Notes under the pieces: generated by a model
Database searches by the model: none
Seen by the model: the letters and a program-made list of their open reading frames with translations, nothing else
Told to the model about the DNA's origin: nothing
Virus record (IMG/VR): IMGVR_UViG_3300027857_000023
Coordinates: 1-53,068 of that record
DNA: 53,068 nucleotides
Direction: 5' to 3' (one strand)
From: a virus
Lineage: Duplodnaviria; Caudoviricetes
In this document: positions 1-9,374 of the stretch, in pieces
Layout of the letters: every line of letters starts with the position of its first letter
How positions within the stretch are numbered: the stretch's first letter is position 1
Position numbers and translations under genes: made by a program

Positions 1-3000
1 ACCTCTGGTCTCCTACGCGTCTCGCTGAAAGATACGCCAGCCAACACCAACAACCTGAACGTCAATCTGGCGGCGTCTTCCGCTACAGTGACCGTCAGTG
101 CCTCTGGAAACTTTAATAATGCCTCTATCAGTTCAACTGGCTCTGCTGTGCCTGCTTCAGCATCCTATCTCGGAGCGAACAAAAGCGGGAACCTGACTGG
201 CTTATCGCTCGACGGTTCAGGCAATCTCAACGTCAATGTCGCAGCAGGAAGCTCAGGCAATGCAGCAGCGGCGGCGACAGGGAGCGCGGTGCCTGCAAGC
301 GCCGACTATACAGGCATCAATGTTGCTGGCACACTGCGCGGGCAAACGGGCGTCAATCCATCAGGCAGCATCTACGCAGGGCAGATGGACCTTGCCTCTG
401 TTGCTGGTACCACGACGGACACCAACTCAGGTACCAAGAGCACAGGGACCTTACGCGTGGTGCTTGCAACCGATCAGCCACAGTTAACAAACGCACTCAA
501 AGTTGATGGTTCTGCCGTCACGCAGCCAGTATCAGCGACCAATCTGCAAACCAACCTCAACCAAATAGCAGGATCGACCATAGCCACAGCCGCCACCGGC
601 GTACAAAAAGTTGGCATCGTCGGCAATACTGGCGCGACCATGGATAGCACGATAGGCGCAGGCACCGCACCCACGAATGCCATTGTTACCGGATCTGTGT
701 ATAATGCGTCGGCCCCAGCTCCCACATCGGGACAGTCAATGGCACTGCAAGCAGACCAAGCAGGCAATATACGCACGTTCCCCGGCATGGCGCTCACCAC
801 ACTTGCGGCATGGAATAGCAGCACCTCACTGAATGCGACACAGACCATTTTCACGAATAGCGGTGGACCGGCGGTCGTCGTGCAGTTAGATCAAACGACC
901 ACATTGACGGCTGGTGCCATCACCTTCGAAGTGACCTTTGACGGCACCAACTGGGTCACTGCTCCTGCAGGCAGTGTGCTCGATCCAACTTCTCCCACTT
1001 TTGCCCAGATATCACTGCCCTATACAGTGCAAGCAAGCACCAATAAGGCATTTATTCTCACCAGCAGCGGATGGCAAGGACTTCGCATCAAGCTCTCGAC
1101 GCAGATCACCGGCACTGGCACCGTGACCCCCTACTATGCTCTGCTTGCTTACGATCCGGTTGATTCGGTCGTCGCGTTCTCTCCCACAGCAGCGAACTTC
1201 AACGTTTCCGCTGTCCAATCCGGGACGTGGACGGTGCAACCAGGGAACACCGCCAATACGACGCCATGGCTCGCAACCATCAACCAGGGTGGCAATAGTG
1301 CGGCCGTCACTGCCTCAAATGCGCTCAAAGTAGACGGGAGCGCAGTCACGCAGCCAGTCTCAGGAACCATCACGGCGAATATTGGAACATCAGGGAGCCT
1401 GGCGCTCGATACCTCCGTGAATGGGATATTGGTCAGCCAGGGATCGACCACGAGCGGAGAAAAAGGCCCGCTGATCCAGGGTGCGGTCACGACGAATGCG
1501 CCCAGCTATACCACTGCACAAACTTCTCCACTCTCGCTCGATACCTCTGGACTGTTGCGCGCCAGCTTGAAGGATACTCCAAGCAATACGAACAACCTGA
1601 ATGTCAATTTGGCGGCCAGCGCGGCCACAGTCACAGTCAGTGGTACGGTTACGGCCAATGCAGGCACTAACTTAAACACATCCTCCCTTGCGCTAGAGTC
1701 TGGAGGCAACCTTGCGACGATTGCAGGGGCTGTCATTGCGCAAGGCACCGCTCTTGGGACTATCAAGAACTTGATGGTAGCAGGATCGGTGACGACCAAC
1801 GCGCCCAGCTACTCAACGGGCAACATCAACCCATTGTCTCTGGATACATCGGGTTTGCTCAGGGCCTCGCTCAAAGATACCCCGTCCAACACGAATAACC
1901 TCAACGTGAACCTTGCGGCGAGTGCGGCTACTGTCACCGTTACAGCGACCAACCTGCAAACAAACCTCAATCAGGTTGCAGGGTCAACCGTTGCCACGGC
2001 GGCAACTGGTATCCAGAAAGTTGGCATCGTCGGGAACACCGGGGCAACGGTTGACAGCACCGTTGGAGCAGGCTCAGCGCCGACCAATGCGGTGACCGTA
2101 GGGGCCATATACAATGCATCAGCTCCCGCCCCAACGACCGGGCAGGCCATGGCCGTCCAACTTGATCAGGCCGGGAACGTTCGAGCGTTCCCAGGGATCG
2201 CGCTTGCCGCCCTTTCCGCATGGAGCAGTGGGACTTCGCTCAATGCCACGCAAAATATCTTTACGAATAGTGGTGCCGTGGCCGTGCTGGTTCAACTGAC
2301 ACAGACGACCACATTGACGGCTGGTGCCATCACGTTTGAAGTGAGTTATGACGGGTCAAACTGGTCAACGATTCCAGCCTCATGTGTACTTGATCCAACC
2401 TCGACAACTTTTGCCCAAATAAGTCTGCCGTATACCGTGCAGGCCAGCACCAATAAAGCGTTCCTCCTGAACATGAACGGCGCGCAAGGACTACGCATCA
2501 AACTGTCTACGCAGATCACTGGTACCGGCACCGTCACGCCAAACTATGCCTTACTGCCAGATTCCCCTGCTGATACCGTGATTGCGCTTTCACCGACTGC
2601 CGCGAACTTCAACGCGACCGCTACGATTCAGGCGGTTACCGGCACATCACTTGGTGCGGATCAATCAAACAGCATTCTCAAAACGTCGCTCTACGTCAAG
2701 AAGAGCGCTAATGCCGATACGGTTCTGGCACTTGGCTCTGCAACATCAGCCAATAGTGTCCCCGTCGTGGTGGCCAGCGACCAGGGCGCTTTCCCTGTCT
2801 CGCAGTCAGGCACGTGGACCGTGCAACCAGGAAATACGGCCAATACGACGGCCTGGCTGGTACAAGATGTAGCAGCCACTTCAGGAGGATCAACACCATC
2901 TCATACGATGTCCGCAGCCAGTACAAATGCGACCTCGCTCAAAGGAAGCGCGGGCATGGTCTACGGACTTTCAATTTCCAATGCCAATGCGTCAGCGCGT

Positions 3001-3219
3001 TACTTCAAGCTCTATAACAAGGCAAGCAGCCCTACCGTGGGCACGGATACGCCAATCTTAACACTGCAGATACCAGGGAATGGAACAGTGATCCGCGCCT
3101 ATCCTGTTGGTCTTGCACTTGGGACGGGCATAGCGTGGGCCGCGACCGGCGTGATCACCGATGCGGATACCACGGCCATTGGCGCGAATGATCTTTCTAT
3201 CGACATTGACTACAAGTAG
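1..3219 (+). CDS. Large Ala/Thr/Ser/Gly-rich repetitive virion protein (tail fibre/receptor-binding-like), 5'-truncated
   Basis: Frame 1 is open from base 1 (TSGLLRVSLKDTPANTNNLNVNLAASSAT), which repeats motifs at 1543 and 1846, so the true start is upstream of the window. Lies just before the lysis genes. Confidence 0.75.
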   Translation, partial: TSGLLRVSLKDTPANTNNLNVNLAASSATVTVSASGNFNNASISSTGSAVPASASYLGANKSGNLTGLSLDGSGNLNVNVAAGSSGNAAAAATGSAVPASADYTGINVAGTLRGQTGVNPSGSIYAGQMDLASVAGTTTDTNSGTKSTGTLRVVLATDQPQLTNALKVDGSAVTQPVSATNLQTNLNQIAGSTIATAATGVQKVGIVGNTGATMDSTIGAGTAPTNAIVTGSVYNASAPAPTSGQSMALQADQAGNIRTFPGMALTTLAAWNSSTSLNATQTIFTNSGGPAVVVQLDQTTTLTAGAITFEVTFDGTNWVTAPAGSVLDPTSPTFAQISLPYTVQASTNKAFILTSSGWQGLRIKLSTQITGTGTVTPYYALLAYDPVDSVVAFSPTAANFNVSAVQSGTWTVQPGNTANTTPWLATINQGGNSAAVTASNALKVDGSAVTQPVSGTITANIGTSGSLALDTSVNGILVSQGSTTSGEKGPLIQGAVTTNAPSYTTAQTSPLSLDTSGLLRASLKDTPSNTNNLNVNLAASAATVTVSGTVTANAGTNLNTSSLALESGGNLATIAGAVIAQGTALGTIKNLMVAGSVTTNAPSYSTGNINPLSLDTSGLLRASLKDTPSNTNNLNVNLAASAATVTVTATNLQTNLNQVAGSTVATAATGIQKVGIVGNTGATVDSTVGAGSAPTNAVTVGAIYNASAPAPTTGQAMAVQLDQAGNVRAFPGIALAALSAWSSGTSLNATQNIFTNSGAVAVLVQLTQTTTLTAGAITFEVSYDGSNWSTIPASCVLDPTSTTFAQISLPYTVQASTNKAFLLNMNGAQGLRIKLSTQITGTGTVTPNYALLPDSPADTVIALSPTAANFNATATIQAVTGTSLGADQSNSILKTSLYVKKSANADTVLALGSATSANSVPVVVASDQGAFPVSQSGTWTVQPGNTANTTAWLVQDVAATSGGSTPSHTMSAASTNATSLKGSAGMVYGLSISNANASARYFKLYNKASSPTVGTDTPILTLQIPGNGTVIRAYPVGLALGTGIAWAATGVITDADTTAIGANDLSIDIDYK
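535..2613 (+). repeat. Internal duplication of a ~223-aa module (535-1203 and 1945-2613)
   Basis: ATNLQTNLNQ(I/V)AGST...TLTAGAITFEV...LRIKLSTQITGTGTVTP...SPTAANFN occurs twice, 1410 bp apart. Confidence 0.9.
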
Positions 3220-3228
3220 AGGTGTTTT

Positions 3229-3894
3229 GTGGCAACAGCGCTCACGGTCTACATGACAGAGGCAGCAACATCGGCAACGCTTTCTACTGCCGACCAGTTG
3301 CTAGAGAATCCGACGACTGGGACGGGCAATGTCAACAAAAACACGAATGCGACTGTTGGCACGACGGGATGGATTGAGATCTGGAGCCAGGGCAATGGCA
3401 CAACATCGAGTGGAGCGGGATCAGAGCCCGCACCGAGCGGCCACGGGTGGTTTGATGACACGACCAGTACGCTTTCGGGGCAAGTGTTTGTGGCGGGAAC
3501 GTGGACCGGGAAGCTTGAACTGTCTCTTTCAGCGGGCTCTTGTACGGCAGATGTCTATGTACGTGCATATCAGTATAGTGGCGGAGTCTATACCCTTATT
3601 GCCAAGATGGTGGCCAGCGGGCAGAGTCTCACCACAACGAGAACGCTGTTTGCCTGTACGGTGAGCGCGAGTGCATCTGGCACCTTTGGAGCATCAGACC
3701 ATCTCTATACGGATGCGTTAGTCAACATCACCGCTTCGTCATCGGGCGGCAATATCAAGCTGCAGGAGTCTTCGAGCGCCACGGTTGGCTATCTCAATGG
3801 TTCGACCGGTGGAGCATTCGTGACCACACCGGGCTACGGGCCGCCCAGTACGCATCATATCATCACGGATGGTTATGGAGGAGTATTTAGCTGA
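3229..3894 (+). CDS. Beta-rich virion/tail accessory protein
   Basis: Thr/Ser/Gly-rich 221-aa ORF with GAGGT RBS, directly after the tail protein. Confidence 0.6.
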   Translation: MATALTVYMTEAATSATLSTADQLLENPTTGTGNVNKNTNATVGTTGWIEIWSQGNGTTSSGAGSEPAPSGHGWFDDTTSTLSGQVFVAGTWTGKLELSLSAGSCTADVYVRAYQYSGGVYTLIAKMVASGQSLTTTRTLFACTVSASASGTFGASDHLYTDALVNITASSSGGNIKLQESSSATVGYLNGSTGGAFVTTPGYGPPSTHHIITDGYGGVFS

Positions 3895-4064
3895 TGGCAG
3901 TAATTACCATACCCCGTGTGTTCGGCGGGACGATCATTTTGGGAACGACGCCACCCGTTCAATTTGTCGTCCGGGGGCGAGACGGGAATACCGTCGTTGT
4001 TGGCCGGGATGGTAAGGCTGTCGCCACGGGTCGCGATGGCAGTACAGTCGTCAAAGGAGCATAG
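3894..4064 (+). CDS. 56-aa peptide with three GRDG repeats (not in ORF track)
   Basis: TGATG overlap and GGAGGAG RBS. Translation: MAVITIPRVFGGTIILGTTPPVQFVVRGRDGNTVVVGRDGKAVATGRDGSTVVKGA. Confidence 0.7.
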   Translation: MAVITIPRVFGGTIILGTTPPVQFVVRGRDGNTVVVGRDGKAVATGRDGSTVVKGA

Positions 4065-4067
4065 AGT

Positions 4068-4400
4068 ATGCCAAATACAGGATGGTATAAAGGCGATCGA
4101 AAACCATTTTGGGATCTCTTAATCGAGCCAGATTCTGGAGCATTCGATATCACTGGGCTCACAACGAGCGATTTCACCCTGCAATTCATCGATATTAACA
4201 ACAATCGAGCGGTGATAGTGGGGACTGGGACATTCAGTAGTCTAACAGCAGCATCAGGGAGCAACCCGGCCTCAATCATCTACGCGCCCAGTGCGGCTGA
4301 CGTAGGCACGACCGGGATCTATGAGATCCGCCTGGTGGTGGACAGCGGGACAGCCAATCAACGAACGTTCTTGCAGGGCCTCTGGCAGTGTCAAGCGTAA
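4068..4400 (+). CDS. BppU N-terminal-like Ig-fold baseplate protein
   Basis: Pattern YKGD.KP...FDITG...IIYAPSAADVGTTGIYEI resembles BppU-like domains; AAGGAG RBS. Confidence 0.5.
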   Translation: MPNTGWYKGDRKPFWDLLIEPDSGAFDITGLTTSDFTLQFIDINNNRAVIVGTGTFSSLTAASGSNPASIIYAPSAADVGTTGIYEIRLVVDSGTANQRTFLQGLWQCQA

Positions 4401-4443
4401 GTCATTTGGTCATATTCGCTAGTGCTGAGCTAATGGAGACGCA

Positions 4444-4845
4444 ATGAGCACATCGCCGCCACAAGATCAGATTACCCTCTTACTGTTCCGTGTAGACGCT
4501 CTTGAGCGTACCGTTGCTGGCTTTAATCAGCAAATGAGTGCGTATGTACGAGAACGCGAGAATGACCTGAAATTGAAGATCTTGCAGGATACGGCTAGCC
4601 ATATTGGTGATGAGGTAGGAGGCGTCAAAAACGAAGTGCGTATCGTGAGGGATGAAGTCTCTCTGCTCAAAGACGATATCCAGAAACGAGATGCTGCGCT
4701 GAGAACGGAGATGCAAAATCGTGATATCGCACAGCAAAAAAACCAATCCCAATTGTTCTTCAAAATACTGGTAGGTGTCCTTTCGACCATATCACTTACC
4801 GTCACAGGCGTGCTTGTTGGCTATATTACCCATTTTTTTAAGTAG
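4444..4845 (+). CDS. Coiled-coil protein with C-terminal TM helix (XhlA/holin-associated-like)
   Basis: Heptad-rich N-terminus and hydrophobic C-terminus (FFKILVGVLSTISLTVTGVLVGYI); located in the lysis cassette. Confidence 0.55.
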   Translation: MSTSPPQDQITLLLFRVDALERTVAGFNQQMSAYVRERENDLKLKILQDTASHIGDEVGGVKNEVRIVRDEVSLLKDDIQKRDAALRTEMQNRDIAQQKNQSQLFFKILVGVLSTISLTVTGVLVGYITHFFK

Positions 4846-4853
4846 GGAAAGAC

Positions 4854-5498
4854 ATGAAAGCAGAAGTACAAAGAGCGTCCACTGTCTGGGTCATTGCAAC
4901 AATGCTCCTCCTCTTATTCATGCTTATCGGCTTTGATCTCTACCCGTTTATCACTAGCAATGATGACTTGGTGATTGAGCAGCAGGCGTGGCTACAGGTA
5001 GCACGCGATGAGTATTTGGCAAAGGATACCCTTATTCTTGCCTATAGACCTGCCACCTATCACTCCCAGGCGGTGAGCGATCTCCAGACGATTCTGCCTG
5101 GTCTCCAGCAGACGCAAAACGGGCTTCTCAAAGGAGACGCTTCACTTGGCCTGCCTGACAATCCATCGGATGAGGTCAAACAACTGCTCCAACGGGCACA
5201 ATCTGACTACGTTCCTCTTGTGACCGCCCTCAAAGTCATCCTCGCCCATCCTGATGGTCCTGTTGATCCGATACAGATCAACATTGTGATGATGCATGAG
5301 TATCCCTATAGCATCACCATGGCTCAGCTTGCTATTCTCATTCAACAGCAGGCGGAAGCAACTAATCTCCACATCCTCATCATCAAGATCGTCATCAAAA
5401 CGCTCCTCATCCTGGTCATTGCCGGGCATTATCTGATCATCGGCCGCAAGGTTCTCGACAAGCTGGCGGTATTGGACTCCCAGGCGTCTAGTCCCTGA
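4854..5498 (+). CDS. Two-TM membrane protein with helical extracytoplasmic domain (PilJ/NarX sensor-like)
   Basis: Hydrophobic segments at both ends flank an amphipathic helical region; no cytoplasmic signalling domain. Confidence 0.45.
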   Translation: MKAEVQRASTVWVIATMLLLLFMLIGFDLYPFITSNDDLVIEQQAWLQVARDEYLAKDTLILAYRPATYHSQAVSDLQTILPGLQQTQNGLLKGDASLGLPDNPSDEVKQLLQRAQSDYVPLVTALKVILAHPDGPVDPIQINIVMMHEYPYSITMAQLAILIQQQAEATNLHILIIKIVIKTLLILVIAGHYLIIGRKVLDKLAVLDSQASSP

Positions 5499-5572
5499 TC
5501 TATACAGCACCCTTATCGATCTCTATAATGTGAATGATTGTTCATAGTTTGTACACTTGCAAGGAGCGCTTT

Positions 5573-6472
5573 ATGCAGACTGTCACTTTTATGCCATCTC
5601 CAAATTTCTGGGCAGGACGTTTCGGCGCCAAACCACGCTACATTATTCTGCATGGCACCGCCGGGGGAACTTCAGCTCAGAATATCGCCAAATGGTTTGA
5701 GAACCCTTCTAGTCAGGTCAGTGCTCATTACATCATCGGTCAGGACGGCACGGTCGTCTGTTGTGTGAAGGAGGAAGATACCGCATGGGGCAACGGTCCT
5801 ATCAGCGGGCCTTCAGGCACAAGCGGCGACCGAATCCACCATGATGCCTGGTGGGATGCTTCCCCTGCATTAAGCGGTTACCCGAACCCGAACTTGATTA
5901 CCATCAGTATCGAGCATGTGAAACCACATGACGATAACAGCGATCCCTTAACGCCAGCACAACAAGCAGCAAGCTTTGGACTCATCAATGATATCTGCGA
6001 CAAGTGGGGCATCCCGAAAAGGAAAGCGGACGCGCTAGGAGGCATTACAGGGCACTTTTCAATGGACCCAGCTAATCGATCGGATTGCCCAGGCAACTAT
6101 GACTGGGATTCATTGTGGCGCGATTTAGGGGCAAATCCAGGACCTATTAGCGCAGGAGTTCCACAAGGGTGGACAGACGATGGAAAAACGTTGACCGCGC
6201 CCAATGGGATCCCGGTCGTGATGGGATTCCGCCAATATATTCTCGACCCTAAAAACCAATGGAGCGCGGGCAACTGGCCTATAGAGGCTGAACACGGCCA
6301 AAGCCCCTTAGAGATCAGCAACCCTGACTACGGGAGCGGATCACAACAACTCTTCCGCTGGACGATGCTCGGCTACACACAGCAGCACGGAGTCTTCGCC
6401 GAGTGGATTGGTGAGGAGCTGCTGGCGTATCGGGCAGAGGTCGCCAAGTTGAAGGCCTCGGCGCCACATTAA
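5573..6472 (+). CDS. Endolysin, N-acetylmuramoyl-L-alanine amidase (Amidase_2)
   Basis: Motifs IILHGT, VSAHYIIG, AWGNG, SIEH, GHF..D...CPG; AAGGAG RBS before ATG 5573. Confidence 0.9.
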   Translation: MQTVTFMPSPNFWAGRFGAKPRYIILHGTAGGTSAQNIAKWFENPSSQVSAHYIIGQDGTVVCCVKEEDTAWGNGPISGPSGTSGDRIHHDAWWDASPALSGYPNPNLITISIEHVKPHDDNSDPLTPAQQAASFGLINDICDKWGIPKRKADALGGITGHFSMDPANRSDCPGNYDWDSLWRDLGANPGPISAGVPQGWTDDGKTLTAPNGIPVVMGFRQYILDPKNQWSAGNWPIEAEHGQSPLEISNPDYGSGSQQLFRWTMLGYTQQHGVFAEWIGEELLAYRAEVAKLKASAPH

Positions 6473-6496
6473 TATTAAAGGAAGCAAACAGAATAT

Positions 6497-6973
6497 ATGG
6501 ACCCGGCAAACTATACCATAGGCATCCCGTTCCTCATCGTCGTCATTGCCAACTGGCTCATGCATGATACCTTGCCCAGGTGGATCAACGCGGCTATTGT
6601 GGTGATTGTCACTTTCACAGTGGCCACGATTTGGGCAGTCTTTACTCGCTCATTAGTCGGTGGATGGATTGCCAATATCATGCTCATCGCTGGTGTGAGC
6701 TTCGGCATTATGGCGGTGCCAGAACTGGCAGGAGTGCGCCAGTGGATACGCGATACCTTTCTCTCGCCATTCTCTGTGCTTGCCCCGTCTTCATCAGCGC
6801 CTCTCTCTGCTATCTCGCAGGGGATGATATCCAGTGCGGTGGCACCTGTGACAAAACGCGCCTCGATCCTGCCTGGGAATAAGACCTGGGTGAGGAGTGA
6901 TGAGGTACCGCCAGCAGGGGAGAGTGTGATTGACAAGGTGGTGCCGCCACCTGAGCAGACGCCACCCAGTTAG
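6497..6973 (+). CDS. Holin-like membrane protein
   Basis: Three hydrophobic segments; immediately follows the endolysin. Confidence 0.6.
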   Translation: MDPANYTIGIPFLIVVIANWLMHDTLPRWINAAIVVIVTFTVATIWAVFTRSLVGGWIANIMLIAGVSFGIMAVPELAGVRQWIRDTFLSPFSVLAPSSSAPLSAISQGMISSAVAPVTKRASILPGNKTWVRSDEVPPAGESVIDKVVPPPEQTPPS

Positions 6974-7014
6974 TGCTATACTGTGGCTGGGTTTGGACTA
7001 TATAAATATAAGTA

Positions 7015-7053
7015 ACATAGAGCCGAGCAGAATGGACCTGCTCGGATCTGTGT
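7015..7053. terminator. Hairpin between convergent late and early operons
   Basis: Stem ccgagcag/ctgctcgg extended by acataga/tctgtgt. Confidence 0.6.
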
Positions 7054-7080
7054 GTATGATAGGGGTGATGGGTGCAATCG

Positions 7081-7485
7081 TCAATGACTATTCTCCTTCC
7101 AGAGGTGAATCATTCCAACGATGATCTTGATGAGTCCTTGTGGCATATCCAACGCCTCTAGTGCCATGTAGAACATCGTCCAGGACTGAGACTCATCCTC
7201 AATGGCGTTCTGCTCGTGGTCAAAGAATGCCCTTGCATCAGCTCGCAGCCAGGAGACGAGTGCCGCGAACGTTTCCATGTCTGGTGTCTCTCCATTGACC
7301 AGGCGGCTCAGGGTGGATGCACTCACCCCTGAGTGCTTTGCCGCATCTCGCAAAGAAAGATGATTCTGGAGAAGCGCCGCTTGAAGGTGGGCGCGAAACA
7401 CCTGATGATTGAAACTCACTTCTTTCTTCCCTTCTTGATCTGCGCCTCTAGGCCTGCTATACTTGCCCAGGACGTTTTGATCCAT
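7081..7485 (-). CDS. XRE-family HTH regulator
   Basis: LSLRDAAKHSGVSASTLSRLVNGETP helix-turn-helix. Confidence 0.85.
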   Translation of the reverse strand: MDQNVLGKYSRPRGADQEGKKEVSFNHQVFRAHLQAALLQNHLSLRDAAKHSGVSASTLSRLVNGETPDMETFAALVSWLRADARAFFDHEQNAIEDESQSWTMFYMALEALDMPQGLIKIIVGMIHLWKENSH

Positions 7486-7565
7486 ATCACCACATACCGC
7501 ACGATCAGATCATATCAATTCGCACTGGCGGACCGAGACTCCTTCACTCGGGCCGTTGGTGTGTC

Positions 7566-7769
7566 TCAAGCCTGCCACGCTTCCTTGACGCCCTCCCACT
7601 GATCAGCATTCAGGATGCGCAGACTACGGTTCAGCTTCTCATTCTTGAGCTTCAATGCCCACCCATAGCGCGCACTGCCTCCATGCGCACTGTGAGTGAT
7701 AGCTGCCCGCACATCGGGCATCTCTGCTGCAATCTGCTCTTTGAGCATGCTCGCTTGCTGCTCCGTCAT
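7566..7769 (-). CDS. Hypothetical protein
   Basis: GGAGG RBS; overlaps upstream stop codon. Confidence 0.6.
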   Translation of the reverse strand: MTEQQASMLKEQIAAEMPDVRAAITHSAHGGSARYGWALKLKNEKLNRSLRILNADQWEGVKEAWQA

Positions 7770-8218
7770 AGCTCCTCCTTCTCGCCTATAATGATCAACT
7801 TCACATCCTTGCTCCACTCATAGACCTGGCGTAGCTCATCTGGAGTCTGCCTATTTGAGAGCCTCCACAGTTCCGCTTCTAGTTCCTTAGAGAACGTTGG
7901 AAGCGGAAGACCCAAATCTTGACATATCTGAGCAAACCGCTCACTCTCAAAGTGCTCCCTCAACACCTTGAGCCACACATAGACCTGGTAACTGTTTGGC
8001 TCTTGGAGGCCTGCCATCACTCTCGCAAGAGTGATCTGATCCGTCGTGCAGGGATCATATGGATTGAGGTCTCCACTCTCAATCAACCGCAATCGCTCAT
8101 CCTCTGCTTCTCGGGAGAGCTTGGCTTGTGTAAATCCTGCTACTTGGCAGACTTCACGCAGGAGATGACCAAACTCCTTCAGGGAAGCGTGGACGAGGGA
8201 GGTGAATGTATCAGTCAC
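7766..8218 (-). CDS. Hypothetical protein, degenerate XRE-HTH-like
   Basis: EFGHLLREVCQVAGFTQAKLSREA; translationally coupled with neighbours. Confidence 0.55.
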   Translation of the reverse strand: MTDTFTSLVHASLKEFGHLLREVCQVAGFTQAKLSREAEDERLRLIESGDLNPYDPCTTDQITLARVMAGLQEPNSYQVYVWLKVLREHFESERFAQICQDLGLPLPTFSKELEAELWRLSNRQTPDELRQVYEWSKDVKLIIIGEKEEL

Positions 8219-8466
8219 AGCAGCTCTTCCTTCTCGCCCAACTCAGCAATAATCGTTGCCCTGCTCTTGAGCCGGTACGATTGCACTGGTTTCGGGTAGA
8301 CACTGGTCAGCATTCCTCCACCCAGATGATTCTCCTCAGCAATCCTGATCTTGCACTGCTGGTAATCCCCACGACTGCTATCCGCTGCGTCCAGAACCAC
8401 CGCAGCGATAGACTTACCATTGATCTTGGCAAATGCCTTCTCGCCTCTTGCCCATCGTTTCTTCAT
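8215..8466 (-). CDS. Hypothetical protein
   Basis: ATGA overlap and GAGG RBS. Confidence 0.55.
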   Translation of the reverse strand: MKKRWARGEKAFAKINGKSIAAVVLDAADSSRGDYQQCKIRIAEENHLGGGMLTSVYPKPVQSYRLKSRATIIAELGEKEELL

Positions 8467-8813
8467 CGCCTCACCTCTCCCAGCAACGCCAGTCGCGCCT
8501 GCGTCAGCGCGGTGGCCACCGTCATCTCGCAAGAGATGAATTTTGGGCTAATGATCCGTACCGCCTCCTGCAGAACATCACGATGATTCACGTCCGTACG
8601 ATGGATATCCTTATACCAGCCCATCAATGTCACTCTGGCCTCTGGTGGCATCGGAATGGACCGATGATCCGCGTAGAACTGCGAGACCACCAGATACAGC
8701 GCACGCAACGCCAGGCGGCACGACTCCTGCTCTGTCTGCTCAAGCGGGACCGTTGCCCGCTCTGGCTGCATCAACATCAATGTGGGGACTGATAGAGCTT
8801 TCGGTCTCATCAT
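8463..8813 (-). CDS. Hypothetical protein
   Basis: Coupled ORF in the early operon. Confidence 0.55.
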   Translation of the reverse strand: MMRPKALSVPTLMLMQPERATVPLEQTEQESCRLALRALYLVVSQFYADHRSIPMPPEARVTLMGWYKDIHRTDVNHRDVLQEAVRIISPKFISCEMTVATALTQARLALLGEVRR

Positions 8814-9169
8814 GACACTGCCTCCTCAGTCTCCTCATTGGACTGGCGAATCTCGACAGAAGAGGGAGACAATTCTACCAGGACCTGCGTATACGGTGCC
8901 TTGTTGCCAATCTGGACGCCATACAAGCCACCTCCGATAACTCTTTCGCTCCCGTCCGTCACCATGATCATCAGGGCCTCGCCGGGTGTGACCTGCAGAG
9001 CTGATAGGCATTCGTCTCCATCCAGGTCATAGTCACGAACAATGGGCGAAGTATCATGAATAATTCGTATATGATCACTGTGCGCGCAGTGGCATCTGAG
9101 AGAGAGAGTCGCACACCAGGGATCGAGGACCTCGAATGTAACGGTAAATGCAGGCGCTAGCGTGACCAT
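8810..9169 (-). CDS. Hypothetical protein
   Basis: AAGGAGG RBS before ATG 9169. Confidence 0.55.
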   Translation of the reverse strand: MVTLAPAFTVTFEVLDPWCATLSLRCHCAHSDHIRIIHDTSPIVRDYDLDGDECLSALQVTPGEALMIMVTDGSERVIGGGLYGVQIGNKAPYTQVLVELSPSSVEIRQSNEETEEAVS

Positions 9170-9182
9170 GTGGCAAGCCTCC

Positions 9183-9374
9183 TTACTTCGTCTTGAGCAA
9201 CTTCTCAAGTGTTGTCAGCCGAATACGATACTGCTCTCGTGCATTGACATGAGGCAAGCGTACCGCCTCCAGCACGCCATTCTTGATCCAGCGTCTCACG
9301 GTCGTGTCATCGACGCGTAGCACCTCGGCCACTTCATGAACGGTTAACAGTTCGTTCTGTGTAGCTTGCATCAT
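9183..9374 (-). CDS. HTH_17 (excisionase/MerR-like) DNA-binding protein
   Basis: LLTVHEVAEVLRVDDTTVRRWIKNGVLEA. Confidence 0.85.
   Translation of the reverse strand: MMQATQNELLTVHEVAEVLRVDDTTVRRWIKNGVLEAVRLPHVNAREQYRIRLTTLEKLLKTK

Noticed and set aside
535-2613. Diversity-generating retroelement TR/VR pair
   Set aside because: No reverse transcriptase is present; both copies are in-frame coding, and differences are mostly synonymous rather than adenine-specific.
3916-4122. 68-aa ORF from the track
   Set aside because: The alternative frame 3894-4064 has an RBS, translational coupling and internal repeats.
7522-7561. Hairpin with AAGGAG in its loop on the minus strand as a CsrA site or sRNA
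   Set aside because: A single hairpin with no further support; it could be a simple attenuator.
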